A stretch of DNA of 64,000 bases, taken from positions 9,142 through 73,141 of the IMG/VR virus record IMGVR_UViG_3300033553_000842. One strand, given 5' to 3'. Shown here piece by piece: positions 16,932 to 26,000 of the stretch. Both the position numbers and the translations under genes were made by a program. Within the stretch, counting starts at the first letter, position 1. Each line of letters opens with the position of its first letter. The notes below the pieces were generated by a model that was not told the DNA's origin, did no database searches, and saw nothing but the letters and a program-made list of their open reading frames with translations. Source of the stretch: a virus.

Positions 16932-17351
16932 ATGATCGGTGAAGGTATCTCCCACCGCGGCCTCATTTCCGAGGTTTTCCACTTCCCCTTCTACGTTACC
17001 GGCGCAGTCACTGCTGCTGACGTAGGCAAGGCTGTCACCTATGACACAGCCACAGCCAAAGCGGTCAAACTGGCTGGTGCCGGCGACCGCGTGATCGGTG
17101 TCCTCGTATCTTACGAAGACCGGATTGTTGAAGGTGTCAAAGTCGGCACCGTTGCGCTCAAAGGCGGCTTCGGTATGACAAAAGCTGCAGGCACAGCCGC
17201 GATCGTTGTCGGTGACACAGTTGTCGGCTCAGCCACTGCTGGCCACGTCGGTCCCCGTCGTAACGCTGGCGATACTGCCAATGAACCTGACCTCAGCTCC
17301 AATGTTGTGACAGCCGTATCCGGCGACGACATTGAAGTGCTCATTCTGTAA
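16932..17351 (+). CDS. Head decoration / capsid cement protein
   Basis: 139-aa Gly/Ala/Val-rich beta protein between scaffold and capsid. Confidence 0.7.
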   Translation: MIGEGISHRGLISEVFHFPFYVTGAVTAADVGKAVTYDTATAKAVKLAGAGDRVIGVLVSYEDRIVEGVKVGTVALKGGFGMTKAAGTAAIVVGDTVVGSATAGHVGPRRNAGDTANEPDLSSNVVTAVSGDDIEVLIL

Positions 17352-17363
17352 GGAGAACCCCAG

Positions 17364-18551
17364 ATGAAAGATCTCATCGATCTGAAGAAACGTCCGGTCG
17401 AGGAAGTCATCGCTGGCCTCCAATCGGACAGCCGTGGTACTTCCACGGAAGCCGGCACTGCCCTGGTGAACGCTGCAAAAGACCACGGTCTGAACCTGCG
17501 TGATTACCTGACCCTGGCTGTCGACACCCGCGCTGGCGAGTTTGCGGAGCAAGCGCATAACGCCAAATTGAGCGGCTATGAACTGGCTGTTGCTGCCTTG
17601 GGTCTACCCTCGCGCAACGACTTCAACGAAGGCGTTCTGTTGCAGGCGTCGTCCGAGAGCTTCCAGAAATACCCCGGTACCCGGGCGATGTTCCCTGAAG
17701 TGATCGACGATATGTTGCGCTGGAAGGACCGTCAGGACACGCTGGAAACAGTCGCGCCCCTGCTGTCGCAATCCCGCACAATCACCGGCACCGAACTGTT
17801 GTCGACGGTTGTCCTGGACGATAGCTCGGAACGCGGTACCCAGACCGTGCCTGAGCTCTCGAACATCCCAGTTCGTACCATCCGCACCAGCCAACAGTCG
17901 GTGCAGATGTTCAAGCATGGCTCGGCCTACCGGACTTCCTACGAGTTCAACCGCCGCGCCACGCTCGACATCCTGACGCCCTACGCGACCCGCGTTGCGC
18001 GTGAGCTGGAAATCAGCAAGGTCAAGGCCGCGACGAATGTCCTCATCAATGGTGATGGCGTGAACGCAGCTGCAACCAGTGAGAACATCACCGCCTATGG
18101 CGGCGATCTGACCGGTGGTAAGACCCTGCAGCACAACTACAAGGCTCTGGCCAAGTGGTTGATGAAGATGGCCAAGGACATGGTTCCTGCTGACGTGATC
18201 GTAGGCAACTACGACATGTTCGTTGAACTGCTGTTCATGTTCACCCCCAACCTGGCCTCGGACAAGAACGAAGCCCGCGAACTGGCCATGTCCGGTGCCC
18301 CAGGTGTGAACCTGCAGCTGCCGATCATGAACAACGCGGTTCAGTTCGTGCTGTCCAGCGGTATGCCTGCGGGCAAACTGATGGCCTTCAACCGTGGTGA
18401 AACTCTGGAAGAGCTGATCGAAGCTGGTTCGATCATCTCCGAGAGCGAGAACGCGATCCGCAACCAGTCGATCACTTATGTCCGCACAGAAACCTCCGGT
18501 TTCCGTCTGGCCTTCGGTGACACGCGCCGGATCCTCGACACCACAGCGTAA
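17364..18551 (+). CDS. Major capsid protein
   Basis: 395 aa with AAGGAG RBS, biased codon usage, followed by a strong terminator. Confidence 0.85.
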   Translation: MKDLIDLKKRPVEEVIAGLQSDSRGTSTEAGTALVNAAKDHGLNLRDYLTLAVDTRAGEFAEQAHNAKLSGYELAVAALGLPSRNDFNEGVLLQASSESFQKYPGTRAMFPEVIDDMLRWKDRQDTLETVAPLLSQSRTITGTELLSTVVLDDSSERGTQTVPELSNIPVRTIRTSQQSVQMFKHGSAYRTSYEFNRRATLDILTPYATRVARELEISKVKAATNVLINGDGVNAAATSENITAYGGDLTGGKTLQHNYKALAKWLMKMAKDMVPADVIVGNYDMFVELLFMFTPNLASDKNEARELAMSGAPGVNLQLPIMNNAVQFVLSSGMPAGKLMAFNRGETLEELIEAGSIISESENAIRNQSITYVRTETSGFRLAFGDTRRILDTTA

Positions 18552-18573
18552 GGCTTGACCTAGCACCCTTAAC

Positions 18574-18607
18574 GGGCCCGCTCACCAGGGGTGGGCGGGC
18601 CCTTTTT
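18574..18607 (+). terminator. Rho-independent terminator
   Basis: GGGCCCGCTCACC-AGG-GGTGGGCGGGCCC-TTTTT. Confidence 0.9.
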
Positions 18608-18626
18608 CATTCTGATGGAGATAGAA

Positions 18627-18917
18627 ATGAAACTCATCGCAAAGACCACCGGGGCGTTCATGTTGATCGACCCTTATACTGGAGACGAGCTGGACGCGAC
18701 CCGCCCCTCAGTCGTGACCCAGTCCCCCTTCATTGAACAGCGCAGTGCCGCGGGCCAGATCAAAGTTCTGGAAACAGATCTGTCCAATGACGCGACCGAC
18801 GAGGATTTCCTCGAGTTCTGGAAAGAGAACCAGAAAAGCGCCGTAGATGCCTACCTCTCAGCCCTGTCGCCAGATCCTGAGCCGAAGAAGAAAGCTGCTC
18901 CAGCGAAGAAAGACTAA
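18627..18917 (+). CDS. Hypothetical virion-associated protein
   Basis: ATG at 18627 with GGAG RBS. Confidence 0.75.
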   Translation: MKLIAKTTGAFMLIDPYTGDELDATRPSVVTQSPFIEQRSAAGQIKVLETDLSNDATDEDFLEFWKENQKSAVDAYLSALSPDPEPKKKAAPAKKD

Positions 18918-18920
18918 TCC

Positions 18921-19610
18921 ATGTGGAAGCTCGCCAATAAAGACGCGACCTTGACGATCGACTATACCGTCGACGGCGAGTTTGTCACACCCTCATCGGC
19001 AGAGTACACCGTGCTCCGCGCCGACGGGACCGTCGTTGCTTCAGGCACCCTCCCAGCCCAAAGCACGACGGAACCACTGGTCCTTCTGGCGGTGAACAAC
19101 ACTGTCTCGGGGGAGTATGACACCCAGTTCGTCCGGATCGATTTCGTTTTCGACGGACGGGAATACAGCCAGCAAAGTACGGTCTATTTCTCAGCGTTCA
19201 TTCCACTGACGGCCACCGCCGGCCAAGTGAGGGGGGCCCTCGGCCTAGACCGGGTTGAGCTGCCGGATGAATCCGTCGGGATCTACGAGGCATACTTTAA
19301 TCTCCGCTGGTCTGAGGGAGAAGCCTTCAAAGCTGCCTTGATCTCGGGGGGCCGTATCGCGCAAGCCGCAAATGAGGCGGTGGTCCTGAGGGCCGCGCTG
19401 GATATCTGCGGATCAATCGAGATGCGGACACATATCTACGTGAAGTCTGAAGACAGCCTGGTGCAACGCAGCACGAAAATTGATTTTGACAAACTGGCTC
19501 AGAGCCTCGAGTCCAAACTGGCAGATCGGATCAACCTGGCTACAGGGGTCACGGTCAACGAAACTGTCCTGTTTGCCCTGAGCACTCCAGCGGATCCATT
19601 TACCGGATGA
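18921..19610 (+). CDS. Putative head-tail adaptor
   Basis: Position after the capsid gene; 229 aa. Confidence 0.6.
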   Translation: MWKLANKDATLTIDYTVDGEFVTPSSAEYTVLRADGTVVASGTLPAQSTTEPLVLLAVNNTVSGEYDTQFVRIDFVFDGREYSQQSTVYFSAFIPLTATAGQVRGALGLDRVELPDESVGIYEAYFNLRWSEGEAFKAALISGGRIAQAANEAVVLRAALDICGSIEMRTHIYVKSEDSLVQRSTKIDFDKLAQSLESKLADRINLATGVTVNETVLFALSTPADPFTG

Positions 19611-20107
19611 TTTCTCCTCGTCTCACAAAGACGTTTCGCACGTCAGCCGGAGCCAAGTTTAAGGGCTTGCTCTCGGACCCAGAGGATCGCTGGGACGGGG
19701 ATGAACTCCGTGCGCGGCGCATGCTCAGGGTGGATCCAAAGGTACCTCTGGTCACCGGGGACGTCATCAAGGGGGATGGAAGTGAGTATCTGATTTTCTC
19801 ACACAGCCATCGAACCCATGAGAACCGCTTTCTGGCTTTTGAAGTGACCCATCGACTGACCTGGATCAGACGCCAGAAGGTGATCGATCCCGTCACCAAG
19901 ATGTCCAAGGGGGACGCTGAAACAACTATATCCTCGGCTGTGCCTGTGACCGTTGAACCCACCGGGGTGATCGAGGTGCAAGGCACAGAGCGGAACCGCT
20001 ACACTCTCCGGGCCCCAGGCATCTTCCAGAAGGGAGACCGGATCGGCCCCTATACGGTCCAGACTGTCAGCACCATCTTTGGAGCGTCCATCATGGGGGC
20101 TGTCTAA
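19607..20107 (+). CDS. Putative head closure protein
   Basis: Synteny; ATGA overlap. Confidence 0.55.
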   Translation: MISPRLTKTFRTSAGAKFKGLLSDPEDRWDGDELRARRMLRVDPKVPLVTGDVIKGDGSEYLIFSHSHRTHENRFLAFEVTHRLTWIRRQKVIDPVTKMSKGDAETTISSAVPVTVEPTGVIEVQGTERNRYTLRAPGIFQKGDRIGPYTVQTVSTIFGASIMGAV

Positions 20108-20823
20108 TGGCCCGCAAGTTTGGCGAAAACCTCGGAGAGTTCTTTCACGAAGCATTCAACAGCACCTTCTTTTTGAAGGTGCTGAACAACAAGTACGAGA
20201 TCGAAGAGGATCTCGAGATCCAATATGACAAGTTTTTTCGAGACATGGCCGCTATGGTCGGGGGCCAATCAGCTCCCCGGCAACTGGGGGTTAGCTGGGC
20301 TGACATAAGCCAGAGCTGGGACGATCGTAAGGTCAAAGCGGGGGTAACAAGTAACCCCGGGGACAACGCCTTTTACCGCGGGCTTACCGCGGCCTCGAAT
20401 AGTTATCACGCTGAGCTCAGGAACCTGAACACCAGAGAGATCTATGGGGATATACGGGTCAATATCGGCTCGGTTAAAGCCCAAGGAGCCTTTGGTAAAG
20501 GATCGAGTAGACGGACGGTTCGAACCGATCTCAACCGGCTCAGCACAAAGGGCAACGTACTTCGTTACGGGGGTTCTTTTGCCTCCATCGACAACTTCTT
20601 CAATACCTCTTTGGGGTTTGATGCATTTGAATATGTTAAGTCTGCCGAAGATGTCTTGGACGGACTTCCTGAGCGGGTTGAGTTAATCACTGGCGTCAAC
20701 GAGGGCCTTTACGGAACCAAAGGGGGTCACGGGATCACCCGGCCGTTCATGATCCCGATGATGAAATATTATACCGACGTTGTTCTGAAAGACGTCTTTA
20801 TCAAGAGTGTGAATAAACGATGA
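20107..20823 (+). CDS. Putative neck / tail completion protein
   Basis: Synteny; C-terminal RPFMIP motif. Confidence 0.55.
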   Translation: MARKFGENLGEFFHEAFNSTFFLKVLNNKYEIEEDLEIQYDKFFRDMAAMVGGQSAPRQLGVSWADISQSWDDRKVKAGVTSNPGDNAFYRGLTAASNSYHAELRNLNTREIYGDIRVNIGSVKAQGAFGKGSSRRTVRTDLNRLSTKGNVLRYGGSFASIDNFFNTSLGFDAFEYVKSAEDVLDGLPERVELITGVNEGLYGTKGGHGITRPFMIPMMKYYTDVVLKDVFIKSVNKR

Positions 20824-21254
20824 AAAACCCATACCGAGATATTCAAGCATCCCTGTTGCGCTTCGCGGCCGAGTTCGCCAATGACAACGACCTAGATGCC
20901 ATCAACCTCGATGCACACGCCACGCCATCCTCCTGGCCTGAACGCAATTTCGTTGGACCTAGCGAGATGATGATTGACTTTGGGGAGAACGAGATCACCG
21001 TGTCTCTCGCCTATGTGATCTCGACCCGGGACGACACGAACCTTTTCGAGATGGACCGTCTGGTCAACCTCCTGGTCAACAAACTGGTTCTTGGAAACAA
21101 GATCATGGTCTTTGATGCGGTGGCCGGCACCCCTAAGGGTCACCTGATCACCCGGGGATCGCTGCGGGCCGGAACGGTGTTGAACACCGAGACCCAACCC
21201 GCAAGGCCTGTTTTCGTCAGCTTGATTTCTGACCTGATGCTGCTTCGGAGCTGA
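20820..21254 (+). CDS. Putative tail terminator
   Basis: 144 aa just upstream of the major tail gene. Confidence 0.55.
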   Translation: MKNPYRDIQASLLRFAAEFANDNDLDAINLDAHATPSSWPERNFVGPSEMMIDFGENEITVSLAYVISTRDDTNLFEMDRLVNLLVNKLVLGNKIMVFDAVAGTPKGHLITRGSLRAGTVLNTETQPARPVFVSLISDLMLLRS

Positions 21255-21417
21255 TCTTCCGATCACGATTAACCGAGGCATCGATCCCCCGCTCCATCAG
21301 AATCCTGGACTCTTCGCTTAGAGAGCGCCCGTTCACCTCAGAGCGGGCGTCGATCTGGGCCTTGAGTTCAGGGGGGACCCGAACAGTGTACCCGACGTAG
21401 TGTTTCTTGCTTGCCAT
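21217..21417 (-). CDS. Arc-family ribbon-helix-helix DNA-binding protein
   Basis: YTVRVPPELKAQIDARSEVNGRSLSEE pattern; AGGAG RBS. Confidence 0.85.
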   Translation of the reverse strand: MASKKHYVGYTVRVPPELKAQIDARSEVNGRSLSEESRILMERGIDASVNRDRKISSEAASGQKSS

Positions 21418-21444
21418 GGTAATCTCCTATCATTGACTGAACCA

Positions 21445-21473
21445 AGTATAGTAGACGCACTGAAATTAACCAA
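21445..21473 (-). promoter_or_regulatory. Putative promoter of the Arc-like gene
   Basis: TTGGTT-N17-TATACT on the minus strand. Confidence 0.45.
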
Positions 21474-21551
21474 TTAAAACCTTTTGAGAATTGTGGTTCC
21501 TTAAGTATATTGCAGATCAACACTTACGGAAAACAACCAAAGGAGCTCCCC

Positions 21552-22316
21552 ATGGCTGGTGAAGCGAAGACCACAAATTTTATGCTCGGTACAGCGACGG
21601 TCATGTTCGGCCCCGCAGCTGATGTATTCGACCTCATTCCTGAAGATCACGGTGTCGGGCTTACCAAGAACGTATCGGTTACAGCTGAGCCATCTTTCAC
21701 AGACCTGACCCAAGGTGTGAAAAACTCGAACGTGTATTCGGTCATGACAGGCAACATTGTCCGCGCTGCTTTCGAGTGCTATGAGTACACGGCACAGAAC
21801 ATGTTCTATGCCCAGGGTCTCGACGGCTCGACCTACGTCGCTCCCACCGGTGCCACCACACTCGCCTCTGCAGTACTGGCCGCGGATACGACAATTGACG
21901 TGGAAGCTGGTGACGGGGCGAACTTCACGGCGGGTAATTACATTGTGATCGAAGATGGGGACAAGGACAAAGTCTACGTCCGTACCGTGGTTTCGGTTGC
22001 TATTGATGTGATTACGGTGGACACGGCGTTGCCGAACGCAATCCCAGCGGGCAACGTAGTCCGGGCAGGAGCCCTGATCGAGATCGGCAGCAAGCAAGAC
22101 CAACCGTTCCTGGGTTGCAAGATCGTCGGCACGACCGCTGAAAACGAGATTATCTCCCTGATCTTCCCGAAGGTCCGTGTGACAGCCGGTTTCAATCTGC
22201 AGTTCTCTTCGGATGACTTCCAGAACATGCCGTTCGAGATGATGATGTACGACCTGGTTGGTACGGATCCGCACTATGCCAAGTTCAAGGACAAGACAGG
22301 CATCGCGATCCTGTAA
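21552..22316 (+). CDS. Major tail (tube) protein
   Basis: Start MAGEAKTT with AAGGAG RBS; precedes chaperones and tape measure; followed by a terminator. Confidence 0.8.
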   Translation: MAGEAKTTNFMLGTATVMFGPAADVFDLIPEDHGVGLTKNVSVTAEPSFTDLTQGVKNSNVYSVMTGNIVRAAFECYEYTAQNMFYAQGLDGSTYVAPTGATTLASAVLAADTTIDVEAGDGANFTAGNYIVIEDGDKDKVYVRTVVSVAIDVITVDTALPNAIPAGNVVRAGALIEIGSKQDQPFLGCKIVGTTAENEIISLIFPKVRVTAGFNLQFSSDDFQNMPFEMMMYDLVGTDPHYAKFKDKTGIAIL

Positions 22317-22340
22317 AGTTCACCAAAATAAACCTTGAGT

Positions 22341-22377
22341 AAACTCCCCCCTCTTCTGTAGAAGTGGGGGGAGTTTT
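22341..22377 (+). terminator. Rho-independent terminator
   Basis: AAACTCCCCCC-TCTTC-TGTA-GAAGT-GGGGGGAGTTTT. Confidence 0.75.
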
Positions 22378-22395
22378 ACTTTGAGGAGCCAAGTA

Positions 22396-22755
22396 ATGGC
22401 CGACGCTAAATTTGAGATCGAGATCAATGGGGAACCCCGAGAGCTCGTCATGTACTACGGCCTGCTGGATTTGATTTGCCGTGCCTGCGGAGACATCGAA
22501 GGGGCCTTGATGATCGGCCTGGAGCATGACCTGCGTCAGGAAATCCTTCAGACCCTGTTGTCCGAACGTGACGACACCGGCAAAGTCACCAAACCCTTCA
22601 ATCCGATGAAGAACCATATCGAGCCTGACGCCGTCAATGATCTGATCGATTGGGCGGGGGCCCACGCTTTTGATTTTTTGCTCAAAGCAGCGGAGAGGGC
22701 AAGGAAGACCGGGGAGAGCCAGAAAAACCGTCTGGAGGCCCTTCAGTCTACCTAG
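22396..22755 (+). CDS. Tail assembly chaperone (gpG-like)
   Basis: GAGGAG RBS; between tail tube and tape measure genes. Confidence 0.8.
   Translation: MADAKFEIEINGEPRELVMYYGLLDLICRACGDIEGALMIGLEHDLRQEILQTLLSERDDTGKVTKPFNPMKNHIEPDAVNDLIDWAGAHAFDFLLKAAERARKTGESQKNRLEALQST
22672..22680 (+). other. -1 programmed frameshift slippery site (T TTT TTG)
   Basis: -1 frame opens right after TGA at 22671-22673 and stays open to 23048. Confidence 0.75.
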
Positions 22756-23048
22756 ACTGGTGGAAAGGTCTATCGTTCCAAGAGGCGATCTGTCTTGTGT
22801 TCAAGACAGTCCCCTCAAAATGCTCTGAAGTATTCTGGCAATATACCCTAGAAGATATTAAGGTGTCCCTAGGGCTCTACTTGGGCCAGAAGCAGTCTGA
22901 GGCTGTACAGAACTATGAATCACTTCTCTTGGTGGCAGGGAAACTTTTTGGCGAAGAGGACAAAGGCCGGAAGGCTCCTCCGAAAAACCAGAAGGTGGCA
23001 AAAACCAAGGCTGAGATCATGGCGGGCATGACGGAGATTTTTGGATAG
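22677..23048 (+). CDS. Frameshifted extension of the tail assembly chaperone (gpGT-like)
   Basis: Open -1 frame from the slippery site to TAG at 23048; no independent RBS seen. Confidence 0.7.
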   Translation, partial: FAQSSGEGKEDRGEPEKPSGGPSVYLDWWKGLSFQEAICLVFKTVPSKCSEVFWQYTLEDIKVSLGLYLGQKQSEAVQNYESLLLVAGKLFGEEDKGRKAPPKNQKVAKTKAEIMAGMTEIFG

Positions 23049-26000
23049 ATGGCCAATAAAAAAGAGATAATCGACGTCAGGCTGTCCGCAGCCTCGAAAA
23101 AGGATCTGATGGCTCTCTCCAAGGAGCTGGCAGATGCAGTAAACTCGGTTAACAAACTGGCCAAGGGTTTTCAGAATCTCTCCCAGCTGAAAGCTTCGGC
23201 TTCTGCCAAAGGGGCAGTTGAGAACAACTTTGGCCTGGGAGCCTATTCCCGGGGTCTGAACCAAAGTGAGAAACAACGCGCCACGAACACGGCCCGTCTC
23301 GGCACGGAGACAGGCCGCGTTGCTGACGAGAGGGAGCGGGATCTCCGGGCCACGCAGAAGCTGATGAAGACCCAAGAAGGTCTTCAAAGGATCGAACAGG
23401 CCCGCCTTCTCAATGCCAAAGCTGAACTAAAGACCGTCGACCGCCTGGTCGATCGGGGAGAACTCCTGAAGAAACAGGATCTGGCCCGGGTCAAAGCAGC
23501 TGAAGCTCAGTTGAGATTGAACGACCTTCTTGCCCAGCGGGATGTACGCAACCGGGCAATCCGAAAGGCCCCCGCAGGTTCTGATGAGAGACGGGCGCTT
23601 CAGGCGCAGGCCCCCGCTGCAAATGCTCAGATCCGCGGTGTCCAGCAAGAGGTACAAGCCGCCGAGCGTTTGAACACTCTGGCCGGCTCCCGCTTGCAGA
23701 CCCTGCAACAGGAGACAGCTCAGAAAGCGCAGCAGGCCAAGTTTGATCGCGAAAGCGAACGGATGCAGTCCCGGAGCCTGACATCGCAGACCTCCCTGGC
23801 CCGCGATCGGGAACGCCGTCAGCAAGCTCAACAGCTGAACCTGACGAAGGAGCTCGAAGGAGCTCGTCGGATCAACGACCTGGTGACGGCCAAGACCCAG
23901 AAGCTGAGGGCTCAAGACCGGTTGCGTCTTGAAGAGCAGAACGGAAACCTCACAGCGGTACGTCAGGCCCGGGTCCTGAATGATCTTCTTGATCGTCGGA
24001 TCCGCAAGCTCCAAGAAGCGAACCGAGTGGCCAAAGAAGCGGCCAAACCTACCAAGGAACAAATGGCGGGCAACGCCCGTGAGATGTCCATGAAGCGTTT
24101 GTTTGGTGACAACGGGGCCAGCCTCTTTGCCATCCAAGCCGGTCTGGTCGCGAACTACGCCTTGATGAACCAGCTGCGCACCGGGTTCCAGCAGGCGATC
24201 GCGTTTACGGTAGATCTGGACAGCGCGATGCGCAACCTCCAGGCGATCGTGCGGATCACCGATACGGATCTTGCATCGCTGAAGGACAGCTTGATCGGGA
24301 TCTCGGAAGAGACAAAATTCACGGCTGTTGAAGTGGCCAACGCAGCGGTCACGCTGGGTCAGGCGGGCTTCTCGACCGACGAGATCAAGGACTCCATTCG
24401 AGCCGTCTCCCTACTAGCCACGGCCACCGGGACAGAGTTGAAAAACGCGGTTGATATTGCGACCTCGACCCTCGGTGTGTTCAACATGGAATCCTCACAG
24501 ATGGCGGATGTGGCAAACATCCTGACCGAAGCTGTGAACACATCGAAGCTGAACATCGAGAAGCTGACCCTTGGTCTGCAATACTCGGGTAACATCGCCG
24601 CGCAGTCTGGCGTCAGTTTCAAGGAACTGACCTCGGCCCTCGGCGCGATGGCGAACGCTGGTATCCGCTCTGGTTCCACACTTGGTACCGGTATGCGTCA
24701 GATCCTGATCGCGCTGCAGAAACCCTCGAACGAGTTCAGCGCCACACTTGATCGCCTCGGCCTGACAATGGACGATGTGAACCTCGAGACCAAGGGCCTT
24801 TACGGGGCTTTGAAGAACCTGCGTGACGCGGGCTTCAGCTCCGGTGACGCGATCCAGTCCTTTGAAGTCCGGGCCGCTGCGGCTTACAACGCTCTGTCGG
24901 GCAACCTTGATCAGATGCTGTCGCTTCAAAATGCGTTCCAGCGCACCTCGGCCTCGATCCAGGCGAACGAAACCCAGATGAAATCTCTGGCCAACCAGGG
25001 CAAGCGCCTCGGTTCGGTCCTGGGATCGGTTGCTGCCGCGGGTCTCGATCCGATGCTCAAGGGGACAATCGCGATCACAAGTGCTTTGGCCGATGCGTTC
25101 AGCTGGGTTCGTCAGTTCGAGAACTCTCTCGCCTTCCTGACCACAGGGGTCGCGGTGGCAGGTCTCTCAGGCATACTGGTTTACTTTGGCCGGATGATCA
25201 AAAACCTCTCTGGGATGGTTCTCGGAACCAATGCCCTAACAGCGGCCAATCTTAGAGCGACAGTTTCGTACAAGGCACTCTCGGTCGCGATGATGCGGTC
25301 ACCGTTCGCACTGGTAGCGGGGGCAATCACAGCGATCGGGGCGGCGTTCTACTTCATGGGCAACCGTACCACAGGTGCTCAAGACAAACTGGAAAAAGCT
25401 CAGACGACTTTCGATCGCTCCGTTGGTTCTGCCGAGAAACTGCAAAAGGGTCTCGTCAGGGTGGATGATACCCTGAAGGACCTCACCAACCGATATGACC
25501 TTCTCAAAGATGGGGGGGCTTTGCTGGAATCGGTGATTATCGACATTCAGAAACAGTTTGTGGATATGGGTCGGGATGCGGGCCAGGTTGGTAATGATGT
25601 TGACGCTCTGATCAAGACAATGCGGGATCTCCGTATGGAGCTTTCGAAAGAGTATGAGCTCCGGATCAATACCTCGTTGCTGAACCTGGACAACCTCAGA
25701 AACGCTACCCGGAAAAGTTTGTCCGAGAGCATTGCGGGTACGGCCTCTGCCGCCAGTGAGATGAACCCCCTGAGTGCTTCTGAACGGAAATCAGGGGTTC
25801 TTCGGTCCAACCAGGGGGGGTTCGGAAGTCAAATCCTGGACGATGCCAAGATTCTTCAAACCTCAGGATCCAGCCTAAACGAGGTCGGCTCGGCCAACGC
25901 CCGTCTGGATGCCGTTCGACTGAAGATCGAAGATCGTCTAGACAACGATTCCTCGGCCAACAAATCCTTAGACCGAGCCTGGCTGGATTACATCGGCGCG

